Assembly (NCBI GenBank): GCA_033764955.1
Contig: JANRIL010000006.1
Location: 49,710 to 113,709 of the forward strand
DNA: 64,000 nucleotides
Reading direction: 5' to 3'
Source of the DNA: Cyanobacteriota bacterium
Lineage (GTDB): Bacteria > Cyanobacteriota > Cyanobacteriia > Thermostichales > Thermostichaceae
Shown: positions 21,669-32,573 of the stretch, piece after piece
Layout: the number at the start of each line of letters is the position of its first letter
How positions within the stretch are numbered: the first letter of the stretch is position 1
Translations under genes and position numbers: made by a program
Notes under the pieces: model-generated
Database searches by the model: none
What the model was told of the DNA's origin: nothing
What the model saw: only the letters and a program-made list of their open reading frames with translations

Positions 21669-23429
21669 ATGGTGATGACCAAAGCTCGTACATCTACGGA
21701 TGTAGAACGGTTTGAAATTCGGCTGGGCGAAACCCTCAATCGGGCAGGTCTCCTATCTGGATCCCAATTGGCACAGGCAATGTGGGAAAAAAGTGACTCT
21801 CCCCTGATGTTGGGGGAGATCTGCCTGGGTCGCGGCTGGATCAAACCCCAAGAACTGTATCGATTTGTCCCCAGTACGCAGCTACGGATGGGAGAAATCT
21901 TAGTGCTTTATGGACATTTGCAGCTCGATCAACTGCAAGAAGCCCTGCAACAGCAACAGCGCACCGGTGCCCGCTTAGGAGATATTTTAGTTGACCGCCG
22001 TTGGGCCAGTTCTGAGTTGGTGGCTTGGGCGGCTGAAGAACAGCGGATTTTGCGACAAACCGCCGCCCCGGAAGCGTGGCAAATGTTGGCTCAGCGGTTG
22101 GGACAAGAGGCTCTCTCAGAAAAGGAGATCAGCCCTGCCTTAGTGGAGGAATTACAGGCACAAATTCAATCCTTGCAGGAAGAGTTGCTCCAGGAAAAGC
22201 AGCAATCTGCCCAGTTTTATCAGCAGGCGCGAAATCTTGCCAAACGCCAAATGGATCGGCAGGACTATGTGCATCAAATGGAGGCGCAACTGCAAGAATT
22301 TCAGACGAAAGCCCAGCGACGCGAACAGTTCTCTAGTCTGGTGGATGAAGAACTGCAACACCATCGCACCTTAGTAGAAACCCTGCAACAGCAACTGGAT
22401 ACCGCTAATCAACAAAAAGATGAGCTGCAACAGGAACTGATCACCCTAAAAACTCAGCAAAAACAACACCTAGACGAGTTACAAAAACAACTGAAACAAC
22501 AACTGCAAAGCCAACAAAATCATCAATCCAATTTTGATAGAACCCAACACCACCAACACTCGCAAGAAATCCAGCGTTTACAGGTGCAATTGGCTCATCA
22601 CCAACACTTGCTTGAGCAAGCCCATCAACAGGCCGGAGAGTGGCAGCAGCAACTCCAAGAACAATCCAACCAAGCCAAGCTAGCGCAATCTACAAAAACC
22701 CGTTTAATTGCGGATCTAGCCGATCTGCGTCGCCAGTTGGCGGATCTACAACTGCAACTCCAGAGCAAAGACCGTCAATTGGAAGAACAAATGCAGTTGG
22801 TCGCGGCCCTAAAAACCGAAATGCTCCGAGAAAAGAAACAGACGGCTGATATCCAGACCCAGTGGCAGCAGGCTCAGGCAGAAACCCGATCTTTGCAACA
22901 GGAGCTGGAACGCCTGAAAATGCAGCGCTCGGTTCGCACCATGATGCCCACCAAAATTGAGGCGGAGGCTTTGTCGGCGTCCCCCCTAGCTTCTCCTTTT
23001 CCTCCTCTGGGGGTTGGCTCTACGGCTCCGCCGGAAGCCGAGTCTGCTCTCTTGGCAGCTTCGACTCCTTGGGCACAGCGAGTGTTACGGGGGTTGCGTT
23101 CGGCAGCGCTGATCGATAACCGCCGCATTGATGTAGTCTTGCGAACCTGGGAGAAGGAAGGAGGCAATCTGGCGGAAGTCTTATCTCGTTGTGCCCGCCT
23201 CAAACCGGAAACCATCAAGTTTTTTAGTGAAGGCGGCTACTCGGTGCGGCTTTCTGGATCCCATCGTCTGGAGGACTATCTCAAGTCCGCTGCTTTGGTT
23301 TCGCCCGAAGAGTTGCAAGCCACCCAACCGCTTCTTCAACCAGGTAAATCATTGGCGCAAGCTCTGATCGAAAGGGGCCTGATTTCACAGGCAACCATTG
23401 ACTATTTTCTGAAAACCTTTCGCTTGTAA
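21669..23429 (+). CDS. MshEN-motif-containing Gln-rich coiled-coil protein
   Basis: Tandem RLGxxLxxxG-type motifs at both ends with a long Q/E/L-rich helical centre. Confidence 0.75.
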   Translation: MVMTKARTSTDVERFEIRLGETLNRAGLLSGSQLAQAMWEKSDSPLMLGEICLGRGWIKPQELYRFVPSTQLRMGEILVLYGHLQLDQLQEALQQQQRTGARLGDILVDRRWASSELVAWAAEEQRILRQTAAPEAWQMLAQRLGQEALSEKEISPALVEELQAQIQSLQEELLQEKQQSAQFYQQARNLAKRQMDRQDYVHQMEAQLQEFQTKAQRREQFSSLVDEELQHHRTLVETLQQQLDTANQQKDELQQELITLKTQQKQHLDELQKQLKQQLQSQQNHQSNFDRTQHHQHSQEIQRLQVQLAHHQHLLEQAHQQAGEWQQQLQEQSNQAKLAQSTKTRLIADLADLRRQLADLQLQLQSKDRQLEEQMQLVAALKTEMLREKKQTADIQTQWQQAQAETRSLQQELERLKMQRSVRTMMPTKIEAEALSASPLASPFPPLGVGSTAPPEAESALLAASTPWAQRVLRGLRSAALIDNRRIDVVLRTWEKEGGNLAEVLSRCARLKPETIKFFSEGGYSVRLSGSHRLEDYLKSAALVSPEELQATQPLLQPGKSLAQALIERGLISQATIDYFLKTFRL

Positions 23430-23542
23430 TCTTTAGGCTCCCGCTCCGGTGATTTGCCCCATCTGGTATCTGCGGAAACAGACGAACACCCATACAATAG
23501 GGAGGCTAACACTGAACCCTTCCATCGTCACGGGATCCCATC

Positions 23543-26500
23543 ATGCCCCGCCGCACTGATATCCACAAAATTTTGCTGATCGGGGCTGGCCCGATTGTGA
23601 TTGGTCAAGCTTGTGAGTTTGATTATTCCGGCACACAAGCCTGCAAAGCGCTCCGGGAGGAAGGATACGAAGTGGTGCTGGTGAACTCCAACCCCGCCAC
23701 GATCATGACCGATCCAACGATGGCCAACCGCACCTACATTGAGCCAGTCACCCCTGATTTTGTCGCCAAAATTATCGAGCGGGAACGACCGGATGCCCTC
23801 TTACCCACGATGGGGGGACAAACCGCCTTGAATGTGGCTGTCGCTTTAGCCGAATCCGGTATCCTCGATAAATTTCAGGTGGAGCTAATCGGAGCCAAGT
23901 TGGAGGCGATTCAAAAGGCGGAAGACCGCGAGCGATTCAAAGCGGCCATGCAGTCGATTGGCTTAGAAGTGCCCCAATCGGGGTTAGCCCGCACTCTGGA
24001 AGAGGCCAAAGCCATTGCCCGCCAGATTGGGTATCCTCTGATTATTCGACCCGCCTATACCTTGGGGGGCACGGGGGGTGGAGTAGCTTACAACCAGGAA
24101 GAGTTTGAAGAGATCTGTGCGGCTGGGCTGGATGCTAGCCCCGTCTCCCAAATTTTGGTAGAGGAATCGGTGATCGGCTGGAAGGAATTTGAGCTAGAGG
24201 TGATGCGGGATCTGGCGGACAATGTGGTGATCATCTGCTCTATTGAAAATATCGATCCGATGGGGGTGCATACGGGAGATTCCATGACGGTTGCCCCTGC
24301 CCAAACCCTTACCGATAAAGAGTATCAACGACTACGGGACTACGCTATTCAAATCATCCGCGAAATCGGCGTAGAAACAGGGGGATCCAATGTCCAGTTT
24401 GCCGTTAATCCTGAGAATGGTGACGTGCGAATTGTGGAAATGAATCCACGGGTTTCTCGATCGTCAGCCCTAGCCTCCAAAGCCACCGGATTTCCGATTG
24501 CTAAGATGGCGGCCAAGTTAGCCGTCGGCTACACCCTCAACGAAATCTCCAACGATATTACCCAAAAAACCCCGGCTAGTTTTGAACCCACCATCGATTA
24601 TGTTGTGGTCAAAATTCCTCGTTTTGCTTTTGAAAAATTTCCTGGTTCAGAACCCATCTTAACCACCCAAATGAAGTCGGTGGGAGAAGCAATGGCGATG
24701 GGGCGCACCTTTCAAGAATCCCTGCAAAAAGCCCTCCGTTCTCTGGAAATTGATCGACCCGGATTGGGCACTGACAAACCAGAAAAAACACCCACCCTAG
24801 AGGAGTTACGGGTGCAATTGCGGATCCCAAATCCCACCCGTTTGCTCTCTATCCGCACCGCCCTATTGATGGGTATGGATCCCTCTGAAGTGCAAAAGCT
24901 AACCCAAATGGATCCCTGGTTTATTGATAAATTCCAAGAAATCATCGAGGTCGAGCAAGCATTAATGGGTCGCAGCTTGGAAAGCCTACAAAAGCAAGAA
25001 TTGATCCACCTTAAACAAATGGGCTTTAGTGATCGACAACTAGCCTATTTGACCAATTCAACCGAGCAATCGGTGCGCCTTTTTCGCAAGTATCAGGGGG
25101 TGACACCGGTCTATAAAACGGTGGATACCTGCGCTTCTGAGTTTGAGGCGTTTACACCCTATCAATACTCTACTTATGAACAAGAGAGTGAGGGTTTCCC
25201 TTCTGAGAAATCCAAAGTGATGATCTTGGGGGGTGGACCTAACCGGATTGGTCAAGGGATTGAGTTTGATTATTGCTGCTGTCATGCCGCTTTTGCCCTA
25301 GCGGAGATGGGCTATGAAGCCATCATGGTTAACTCCAATCCTGAGACGGTTTCGACTGACTATGACACCTCTGATCGACTTTACTTTGAGCCACTCACCC
25401 ATGAAGATGTGATGAATTTGGTGGACTTGGAAAAACCGATTGGTTTGATCGTTCAATTTGGTGGACAAACCCCCCTCAAGTTGGCGCAAGGGTTAGCGGA
25501 AGCTCAGGCTCCGATTTGGGGAACTTCCCCGGACTCGATTGATATGGCGGAAGATCGCGAACGGTTTGAAAAGATCTTGCGTGAATTGGATATTGTGCAA
25601 CCCACCAACGGGATCGCCCGCAGTGTTGAAGAAGCCCTCCAAGCCGCCGGACGAATTGGCTATCCGGTGGTGGTTCGTCCCAGCTACGTCTTGGGGGGAC
25701 GGGCGATGGAGATTGTTTATTCCGACAGCGATCTGCAACGCTACATGCAGGTGGCGGTGGATGTCACACCGGATCGTCCGGTTCTGATCGACCAATTTTT
25801 GGAGGATGCGACCGAGGTGGATGTGGATGCGATTGCTGACCACACCGGGGCGGTGACCATCGGCGGCATCATGGAGCATATTGAACAGGCCGGGATCCAT
25901 TCCGGTGACTCCGCCTGTGTCCTGCCCAGTCGTACCCTCAGCCCTGAGGTGCTGACAGTATTGCGGGAGTGGACTTTCAAACTGGCGCGTGCCCTCAAGG
26001 TGGTGGGGCTGATCAATGTCCAGTATGCCGTCAAGGGATCCCAGGTTTACATCCTGGAGGCCAATCCACGGGCTTCTCGGACGGTGCCGTTTGTTAGCAA
26101 AGTGATCGGGCGACCTCTGGCGGGTTATGCTGCCCAGGTGATGAGTGGCAAAACCTTGGCGGAGATTGGCTTTACCGAAGAAGTGATCCCGCCCCACTTG
26201 GCGGTCAAAGAGGCGGTGCTGCCCTTCAATAAATTCCCTGGCACCGATACTCTGCTGGGACCAGAGATGCGCTCAACCGGAGAAGTGATGGGCATTGACA
26301 CCGATTTCGGGCGAGCCTTTGCCAAAGCCCAAGTCGCCGCCGGACAAGAACTTCCCCTGCGGGGCAATGTGTTTATTAGTGTGAGTGACCGGGATAAACA
26401 GGCGGTGCTGCCGGTGGCGCAGGATCTCGCCAGTTTGGGATTTCGCTTAATTTGTACGGAGGGAACCCAGCGCTTCTTGACGGAGCAGGGCTTGCAGGTA

Positions 26501-26770
26501 GAAAAGGTTTTGAAGCTGCATGAAGGGCGTCCCCACGTCATCGACTGGATCAAAAACCGTGAGATTCAGTTGATTATTAACACGCCCTCTGGCATCGAGG
26601 CTCAGCAAGATGGACAAAAAATTCGCCGCACGGCCATCGCCTACAAAATTCCGTTGGTAACCACCTTGGCTGGCGCTCGCGCCACCGCTGCTGCTATCCG
26701 TGCCTTACAAATTGGGCAACTGGAAGTGAAATCCTTGCAGGAATATCACTCCGCCTTCCTAGCTGAATAG
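23543..26770 (+). CDS. carB: carbamoyl-phosphate synthase large subunit
   Basis: [17 protein letters not shown], duplicated ATP-grasp domains, C-terminal MGS domain. Confidence 0.98.
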   Translation: MPRRTDIHKILLIGAGPIVIGQACEFDYSGTQACKALREEGYEVVLVNSNPATIMTDPTMANRTYIEPVTPDFVAKIIERERPDALLPTMGGQTALNVAVALAESGILDKFQVELIGAKLEAIQKAEDRERFKAAMQSIGLEVPQSGLARTLEEAKAIARQIGYPLIIRPAYTLGGTGGGVAYNQEEFEEICAAGLDASPVSQILVEESVIGWKEFELEVMRDLADNVVIICSIENIDPMGVHTGDSMTVAPAQTLTDKEYQRLRDYAIQIIREIGVETGGSNVQFAVNPENGDVRIVEMNPRVSRSSALASKATGFPIAKMAAKLAVGYTLNEISNDITQKTPASFEPTIDYVVVKIPRFAFEKFPGSEPILTTQMKSVGEAMAMGRTFQESLQKALRSLEIDRPGLGTDKPEKTPTLEELRVQLRIPNPTRLLSIRTALLMGMDPSEVQKLTQMDPWFIDKFQEIIEVEQALMGRSLESLQKQELIHLKQMGFSDRQLAYLTNSTEQSVRLFRKYQGVTPVYKTVDTCASEFEAFTPYQYSTYEQESEGFPSEKSKVMILGGGPNRIGQGIEFDYCCCHAAFALAEMGYEAIMVNSNPETVSTDYDTSDRLYFEPLTHEDVMNLVDLEKPIGLIVQFGGQTPLKLAQGLAEAQAPIWGTSPDSIDMAEDRERFEKILRELDIVQPTNGIARSVEEALQAAGRIGYPVVVRPSYVLGGRAMEIVYSDSDLQRYMQVAVDVTPDRPVLIDQFLEDATEVDVDAIADHTGAVTIGGIMEHIEQAGIHSGDSACVLPSRTLSPEVLTVLREWTFKLARALKVVGLINVQYAVKGSQVYILEANPRASRTVPFVSKVIGRPLAGYAAQVMSGKTLAEIGFTEEVIPPHLAVKEAVLPFNKFPGTDTLLGPEMRSTGEVMGIDTDFGRAFAKAQVAAGQELPLRGNVFISVSDRDKQAVLPVAQDLASLGFRLICTEGTQRFLTEQGLQVEKVLKLHEGRPHVIDWIKNREIQLIINTPSGIEAQQDGQKIRRTAIAYKIPLVTTLAGARATAAAIRALQIGQLEVKSLQEYHSAFLAE

Positions 26771-27588
26771 CCTTCCCGTGGGGAGGATTGGGGGCGGCTG
26801 GGACGGAAGAGGTGGGCATGTTCCTGGCTATAGAGGCGGGAGCGCTGAGGTGTTGCTTCGGCCAAGGCAGGACTAATCACATAGAGAACCGTGCGGGTGA
26901 GCTGCTGTTGCTGGGTGAGATCCGCCATTTCCACCAAAGATCCCAGGATGACCTGCTCATCAGGCCAACCCAATCGGTAACAGATAGCGATGGGGGTGTC
27001 GGCAGGATAGTGGGCTAAAAGTTGTTGACAAGCCGCTCGGCAGTGGTGGGCACTCAAATACAAACAAAGAGAGGCTTGGTGGGCGGCGAGACTAGCCAAC
27101 TCTTCTTTCGGGGGAACGTGGGTACGCCCGTTAGCACGGGTCAAGATGATCGTCTGCACCCGTTCGGGGATGGTCAACTCCACCTGCAAGCGAGCCGCCG
27201 CCAATTGAAAGGCACTCACCCCAGGCACGATCTCCACCGCGATCTGCCGCTGTTGCAGTTCCCGCAACAATTCCTGCAATGCCCCATACAGACAGGGATC
27301 CCCATCTTGCAGACGCACCACTTTTTGTCCGGCGGCCACCCGTTCGCTGATCATCGCTACCATCTCCTCCAAGACGAGGGAACGGGAGTCTAGCCGTTCG
27401 GCTTGCGGTTGACAGTGAGCCAGCAACGACTCCGGCACCAGGGATCCGGCATAAACCACCACATCCGCCATCGCCAGGATTTTCTGTCCCCGCAGCGTGA
27501 TCAGATCAGGATCCCCTGGGCCTGCTCCTACAATCCAAACGGGATGGGTTGTTGTGGGAAGAATGGTTGTGGGAAGGATGGTTTCCAC
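26746..27588 (-). CDS. cobM: precorrin-4 C11-methyltransferase
   Basis: [38 protein letters not shown]. 3' end overlaps carB by 25 nt. Confidence 0.92.
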   Translation of the reverse strand: METILPTTILPTTTHPVWIVGAGPGDPDLITLRGQKILAMADVVVYAGSLVPESLLAHCQPQAERLDSRSLVLEEMVAMISERVAAGQKVVRLQDGDPCLYGALQELLRELQQRQIAVEIVPGVSAFQLAAARLQVELTIPERVQTIILTRANGRTHVPPKEELASLAAHQASLCLYLSAHHCRAACQQLLAHYPADTPIAICYRLGWPDEQVILGSLVEMADLTQQQQLTRTVLYVISPALAEATPQRSRLYSQEHAHLFRPSRPQSSPREGYSARKAE

Positions 27589-27646
27589 CTATTGATACTA
27601 CTCTCTGTGTGGGTTCAGCCTATCCAGGCTAATCTGCTTTTCACCC

Positions 27647-29845
27647 TCAAGCAACCTGTTCAAAGGCAGGATGCTCTAGGAGAGCCGCGATCTGTTCGGG
27701 GGGTAAGGGGGCAGTAAAGTAGGATCCCTGAGCGCTTTGCCAACCCAGCTCTCGCAGCGCTGCTACCTGCCCTTCGCTATCGATACCGACGGCTATCGCC
27801 CGCATTCCCAAACTTTCCGCCAGCGTTAAGGTGACTTGAGCCAGGTGCAACCAGAGGGATTCGCTGATCTGAGTGTGGCCGGGATCCCACTTGCAGGCCG
27901 GGATACCCAATTGCAGCAGTTGAGGTAAAGAAAGCCCACCACTGCCAAATTGATCCAAGAGCAGCCCCACCCCCAAACTTTGAAATTGTGCCAGCCGTTT
28001 GCTGACCAGCCATTCTTTTTGGGCTAGTAGGGGTTCGGGAATCTCTAGGCAGAGGCTCTGGGGAGGCAGTTCATGCTCCGTTAATAGAGTGGCTATCTGC
28101 TCAACCAAATCTCCTTGGGCAAGCTGGCGGGATCCCAGGTTAAGGTGAATGCGTAGCGTCTGAGCCACGGCAAACTGCCGTCGCCACTGCCGTAGATGCC
28201 AGCACACCTGTTGCAGCAGCCATTCTCCCGCCGGAACGATCAAACCTGTTTCTTCGGCAATCGAGAGCAATTCTCCAGAGTCTACCAGTCCGCGTTCGGG
28301 GTGCTGCCAAGCCAAAAAAGCCTCTAACCCCTCGATCTGGCCCGTGCTTAGACTCACCATCGGCTGATAGCGCACCCGCAGTTCCTGGTGATCCACTGCC
28401 TGCCGCAATTCCTCCTCCCACTGTGCCCTCGCTTTGGCATAGCTGTGAATCAGAGGATCGTAGACTTCATAGCAGGCTGATCCCCGCTGCTTGGCTCGAT
28501 ACATCGCCACATCGGCTTGATGGAGGACTTGTTCAGGGTTGTGGTTTTGCGCTCCGGCAATGGCAATACCAATACTGACGGTCATGCTAATCTCTTGTCC
28601 GCCAATCAAGAACGGTTCCGCCATTTCGCGGTGGATCCGCTCGGCAACACGGGTGGCATCGCTGATTTGCTGGATCCCTTCCAGCAGAATGGCGAACTCA
28701 TCTCCTCCCAAACGAGCTACGGTGTCAATAGTGCGGAGACAAATCTCTAGACGGCGGGCTGTGCTGCTCAACAACTGATCACCCACCAAATGGCCAAGGG
28801 TGTCATTGATGCTCTTAAAGCGGTTGAGATCCAAAAACAATACGGCAAACCGCAAGCCGGGAGAACGAGGCGCCCGTTCCGCCAGTCGTTGCAGCCGATC
28901 CATAAACAGGGCACGGTTGGCCAGCCCCGTTAAAGCATCGTGCAGCGGACTAAGAGTGCGCTGCGGATCCCCAAAGGCTCCTTGGCTGATGTCCCGAAAC
29001 ACCAAGACGGCTCCCGTGGTATTGCCGCCTTCATCCCGCAGGGGAGCCGCACTATCCCGCACCGGCACCTCACTACCATCGCGGGTGAGCAGGAGAGCCG
29101 GTTGTGGGGATCCAAGCGCAATGTGACCGGCCAGGGCTTTATCCACGAGGCTGACGGTGGGACGGCGGGTTTGGGCATCGACGGTTCTAAAAATTTCCGT
29201 AACTGGCTTACCCAAGGAATCCGGCTGTTTCCAGCCCGTTATACACTCAGCCACCGGATTGATGAAGGTAACTCGTCCCACCGGATCGGTGGCAATCACC
29301 GCATCCCCTACACTATTGAGGGTGGAAACCAGCCACTGTTCAAGGCTGTTGAGCTTTGCTGCCATGCGATGGCGATAGAGGGAAAATTCAATGGCTAACC
29401 ACCAGGATTGTCGATCCGAAGGAGCCAGCCGTAAGGGTTCCTGCCATCTGGGGTTTCCCTCCTCCTCCCATGAACAAGGCCAAGGGTTTAGAGGAAGAGG
29501 AGCTGCCTGTTCAGAACTAGGGGAAAAATCCTCCAGAGGATCGATACCATCTGCGGGGGCGGCGGGATGAGGGGAGTACGGAGATGCTAATTGAAAAAAC
29601 AGACGAGGGCGTTCCGTAGAGAGAAGCGCCACTTGCGGTTCGGCGAGTGCCCGATCCACCAAGGATCCCCCCTCATAGGGGGTTTGTTGCAAGACCAGAT
29701 CAGGTTGAACCGTCTCTAGGTATGCGGGGGTTACCGCCTCCGTATCCACAACCCCAACGACACCATACCCCAGCTCTGCCAGGGTTTGTTGGAGTAACTC
29801 AAGCTGGGGGCTAGCTCCCACAATCAGGATTCTTGCTGTCGCCAT
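27647..29845 (-). CDS. pseudo-receiver-PAS-GGDEF-degenerate EAL protein (diguanylate cyclase)
   Basis: PAS (DAVIATD...FINPVAE), HDALTGLANR, RLGGDEF; EAL domain with non-consensus motifs. Confidence 0.9.
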   Translation of the reverse strand: MATARILIVGASPQLELLQQTLAELGYGVVGVVDTEAVTPAYLETVQPDLVLQQTPYEGGSLVDRALAEPQVALLSTERPRLFFQLASPYSPHPAAPADGIDPLEDFSPSSEQAAPLPLNPWPCSWEEEGNPRWQEPLRLAPSDRQSWWLAIEFSLYRHRMAAKLNSLEQWLVSTLNSVGDAVIATDPVGRVTFINPVAECITGWKQPDSLGKPVTEIFRTVDAQTRRPTVSLVDKALAGHIALGSPQPALLLTRDGSEVPVRDSAAPLRDEGGNTTGAVLVFRDISQGAFGDPQRTLSPLHDALTGLANRALFMDRLQRLAERAPRSPGLRFAVLFLDLNRFKSINDTLGHLVGDQLLSSTARRLEICLRTIDTVARLGGDEFAILLEGIQQISDATRVAERIHREMAEPFLIGGQEISMTVSIGIAIAGAQNHNPEQVLHQADVAMYRAKQRGSACYEVYDPLIHSYAKARAQWEEELRQAVDHQELRVRYQPMVSLSTGQIEGLEAFLAWQHPERGLVDSGELLSIAEETGLIVPAGEWLLQQVCWHLRQWRRQFAVAQTLRIHLNLGSRQLAQGDLVEQIATLLTEHELPPQSLCLEIPEPLLAQKEWLVSKRLAQFQSLGVGLLLDQFGSGGLSLPQLLQLGIPACKWDPGHTQISESLWLHLAQVTLTLAESLGMRAIAVGIDSEGQVAALRELGWQSAQGSYFTAPLPPEQIAALLEHPAFEQVA

Positions 29846-30197
29846 ACCACATGCCTACCCGCCTCAACGCTTATTCTATGAAAAAATCATGAACCCAAAT
29901 CAGGAGCATTTTGGGATCCCCACCCGTCTACTCTTCAGGAAAGAGCATTACAGCTAGATATGTTTTTCTTCATTTAGCAACGTTACACACTATCCCTAGT
30001 CTTGGCTATCCCCTTTGGGCAATTGTCATGACCAGTTTGGGTAAGCCAAATTTCTTCTTCTCCTTCATAAAAATTTTAACTTAAGATTCTTGAAGCATTC
30101 CTCCCCCGTATTGGAGGGGGATTTTCACAGTCACTCAAATTTTGAGCAGTGTGGGGTTAAACCTGCGAATGCCTAGCTTCTTTTGCCAGAATGAAGC

Positions 30198-30965
30198 TCA
30201 CAGGGTGTGGTCATACGGATTGGTGGGGGTGGGCATGGGTGTAACATTCTCCGCCTGAATGACGAGTTGAGGGGATCCCGCTATGGTTTCTACGGTCATG
30301 CGACCTTGCACCATTTGCCAAGAATCGGCGGGTAAGGACTCTCCCTCCGACCAGTGAACGGGTAACCCCACCGGATAGGCATCGGCGGCACAACAACTGA
30401 TCAAAAAGCGGGTGATCCAAAACTGGTTAGGCGGAGCCGACTCAGGATGCACAACAAAACCCTTTAGGTTGACTGGTTGTCCCACATAGGTTTGGGGATC
30501 CGGATAGGCATTGAGGAGGCGCACCCAATCGATCAAGCTGCGTTGAGCCGGATCCAACTGCGGACGAAACTCTACCGTTTCATAGCGGGTAGTCCCCAGG
30601 TTTTGGGCTACCCCCCGATTGAGGGCAGTTTGTCCAGATAAAGGTTGGGGGGGGATCCAAAATCCTAAACAACAGGTGGCGATAAGAAGCCATCCACCCA
30701 GGGGCTTGAGGGGGGTGGCGGGGTGGGAGGTGGGGGACGCCTCCCCTTGCCAAAACCGTCCTATTCGGTAGCAACCCAAGGTCAGCAAAAGGCAGCCCGT
30801 CAGGGTAACCGCCCAGATAAAGTCCTTTTGCACCACCAAAAATAACTGATTCCCCAGGCGATAGCTGAGCAGGAGCACGCCTAAGAGCAAGAGGGCTAGG
30901 GCTTCACTGCCACTCTGCCAGTCCAGTGTTTTGAGGAAATGCCCTCGGCCTTGCCTAGCCCCCAT
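30198..30965 (-). CDS. TIGR03943 / DUF1980 family putative permease subunit
   Basis: SLIDWVRLL..PDP..Y.GQ, RFLISCCAADA.PVGL, P.NPY. Start uncertain. Confidence 0.85.
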   Translation of the reverse strand: MGARQGRGHFLKTLDWQSGSEALALLLLGVLLLSYRLGNQLFLVVQKDFIWAVTLTGCLLLTLGCYRIGRFWQGEASPTSHPATPLKPLGGWLLIATCCLGFWIPPQPLSGQTALNRGVAQNLGTTRYETVEFRPQLDPAQRSLIDWVRLLNAYPDPQTYVGQPVNLKGFVVHPESAPPNQFWITRFLISCCAADAYPVGLPVHWSEGESLPADSWQMVQGRMTVETIAGSPQLVIQAENVTPMPTPTNPYDHTL

Positions 30966-31081
30966 CACAACAAGCTGACTCCCAATGATTGTTGAAGCTG
31001 ATCTTATCGTCAATCATAGGAACTGCTGAACAATGGCCACAACTAGGTCGGGATCGCGGCAGCGCAAGAATGGGTTGAGAA

Positions 31082-31171
31082 CGGAGAGGGAGGGATTCGA
31101 ACCCTCGAAGGAGCTTTTGACCCCTTAACTTCTTAGCAGGAAGCCGCTTTCGACCACTCAGCCACCTCTCC
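31082..31171 (-). tRNA. trnS: tRNA-Ser(GCT)
   Basis: GGAGAGG/CCTCTCC acceptor stem, CT-GCT-AA anticodon loop, long variable arm, GGTTCGAATCC T-arm; CCA not encoded. Confidence 0.96.
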
Positions 31172-31361
31172 AGATTTGCAGTTTTTGGGCTAACTCAGAA
31201 AGGGGGGGAAGTCCTCCTGTGCCTGAACTCGTTTTGCCGGTTTCAGGACACCCAAATAGTGCTTGTCTATTGTATAGGGTGGGGATCCGCAACAGCAATG
31301 GTTGACCCTGACTTTTTCTAAGCCATTCCTGACCTCCGTGAGCCGCTGATCCCCAGAAAAG

Positions 31362-31391
31362 CTTAATCCACGGATAAACCCGCCTTTACAC
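31362..31391 (+). promoter_or_regulatory. putative Pho box upstream of the Crp-family gene
   Basis: CTTAATCC, GATAAACC and CTTTACAC at an exact 11-bp period (31362, 31373, 31384). Confidence 0.5.
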
Positions 31392-31454
31392 GGCTGACGA
31401 GTTCAACCGCTATTGTGTTGGGTAGCACACACTGCCTTCCTCTCCTCTCCCCCT

Positions 31455-32102
31455 ATGACGCATTTCCCTCTGGCTTCGAGTATGGCGGCTGGGGTTCCAA
31501 GCCGTGAACGACAACTGCTGGAAGATCTTTATCGTGAGCGTACCCTGCATCCCTATGCTAGTGGGCAGGCCATTCCCCTGCATCCCGACGAGTGGGTGGT
31601 AGTCTGTCGGGGTTACGTGCAAATTTCGACCTTCTATGCCAATGGCAACGAGGCATTGCTGGGCTTTGCGGGACCTTCGATGCCCCTGGGATCCCCTCTT
31701 ACAGCTCTGGATCCCTATCAAGCAACAGCGCTCAGTGATGTGGATGTGCTGCGGTTATCCACCGCTGAAGTGGAAGCTTCCGAGGTATTGGCGAAGGGGT
31801 TGCTGCGCCATCTGATCCGTCGTCTACGCCAAACCGAGGCACTGTTAGCCCTAAGCGGGCGGCGGCGGGTGGAAGATCGCTTGCAAAATTTGCTGGCATT
31901 GCTGGCGCTGGAAATGGGATCCCCCACTACCACCGGCACCCGCCTCAATGTGCGTCTCACCCATCAAAACCTGGCTAACTCCATTGGCACCACCCGTGTG
32001 ACGATCACCCGCTTACTGAACCGTTTTCGGCAAGAGGGCTGGCTAACCATCGATAAAAACCGTCATTTCGTGCTGCGTTTGTCGGCTTTTGTCCACGAAT
32101 AA
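31455..32102 (+). CDS. Crp/Fnr-family transcriptional regulator
   Basis: cNMP-like beta domain; HTH LTHQNLANSIGTTRVTITRLL. Start uncertain (31455 or 31482). Confidence 0.9.
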   Translation: MTHFPLASSMAAGVPSRERQLLEDLYRERTLHPYASGQAIPLHPDEWVVVCRGYVQISTFYANGNEALLGFAGPSMPLGSPLTALDPYQATALSDVDVLRLSTAEVEASEVLAKGLLRHLIRRLRQTEALLALSGRRRVEDRLQNLLALLALEMGSPTTTGTRLNVRLTHQNLANSIGTTRVTITRLLNRFRQEGWLTIDKNRHFVLRLSAFVHE

Positions 32103-32388
32103 ACTCTTTCTTCTTTCTGCTTGGTTTCGGTCACTCTCCGGCTAATTTCCTCAAAAAAACAGACCGTTAACGGCTGATTTGGGGAGTATGAGCCATTGAC
32201 TCCATAACCGTTTTCAGGGTGATTTACTAATGGATTGCAGATGGCTGATTAGATAAGGATCGAGCCTAAACACGGAAAAGCGACCTGTATAAAACTATCT
32301 CAATCATCCCTTAGATCTTAAAGTGATCTCAAAAAACTAGCCTTCTAAACCGTAAATAAACCGTGAAACTCTGCCTCTAGAATGCGGA

Positions 32389-32433
32389 CTTAATTCATCA
32401 TTAAATATGCCTTAACCAAAACATGATTACAAT
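32389..32433 (+). promoter_or_regulatory. putative Pho box and -10 element of phoX
   Basis: CTTAATTC, ATTAAATA and CTTAACCA at an 11-bp period (32389, 32400, 32411), then TACAAT at 32428. Confidence 0.65.
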
Positions 32434-32573
32434 CTAGGGTAAACGGTGGGTAGGATTTTTTGGGATCCCTTCTGAAGTGGTTAGCTAGGACTGTTTGAAT
32501 CTATCTAATTATAGTGAAGAAATCCCTAAAATGAAAACTCCTTAACTCAAAAACTTAACCCAATCACAACAAC

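Noticed and set aside
25493..26197. Long antisense or alternate-frame ORFs (also 11457-12056, 46674-47261, 56329-56961, 59047-59619)
   Set aside because: They are shadows of conserved genes with no recognisable motifs.
31020..31171. tRNA-Ser as an island or prophage attachment site
   Set aside because: No integrase and no duplicated tRNA 3' end in the window.
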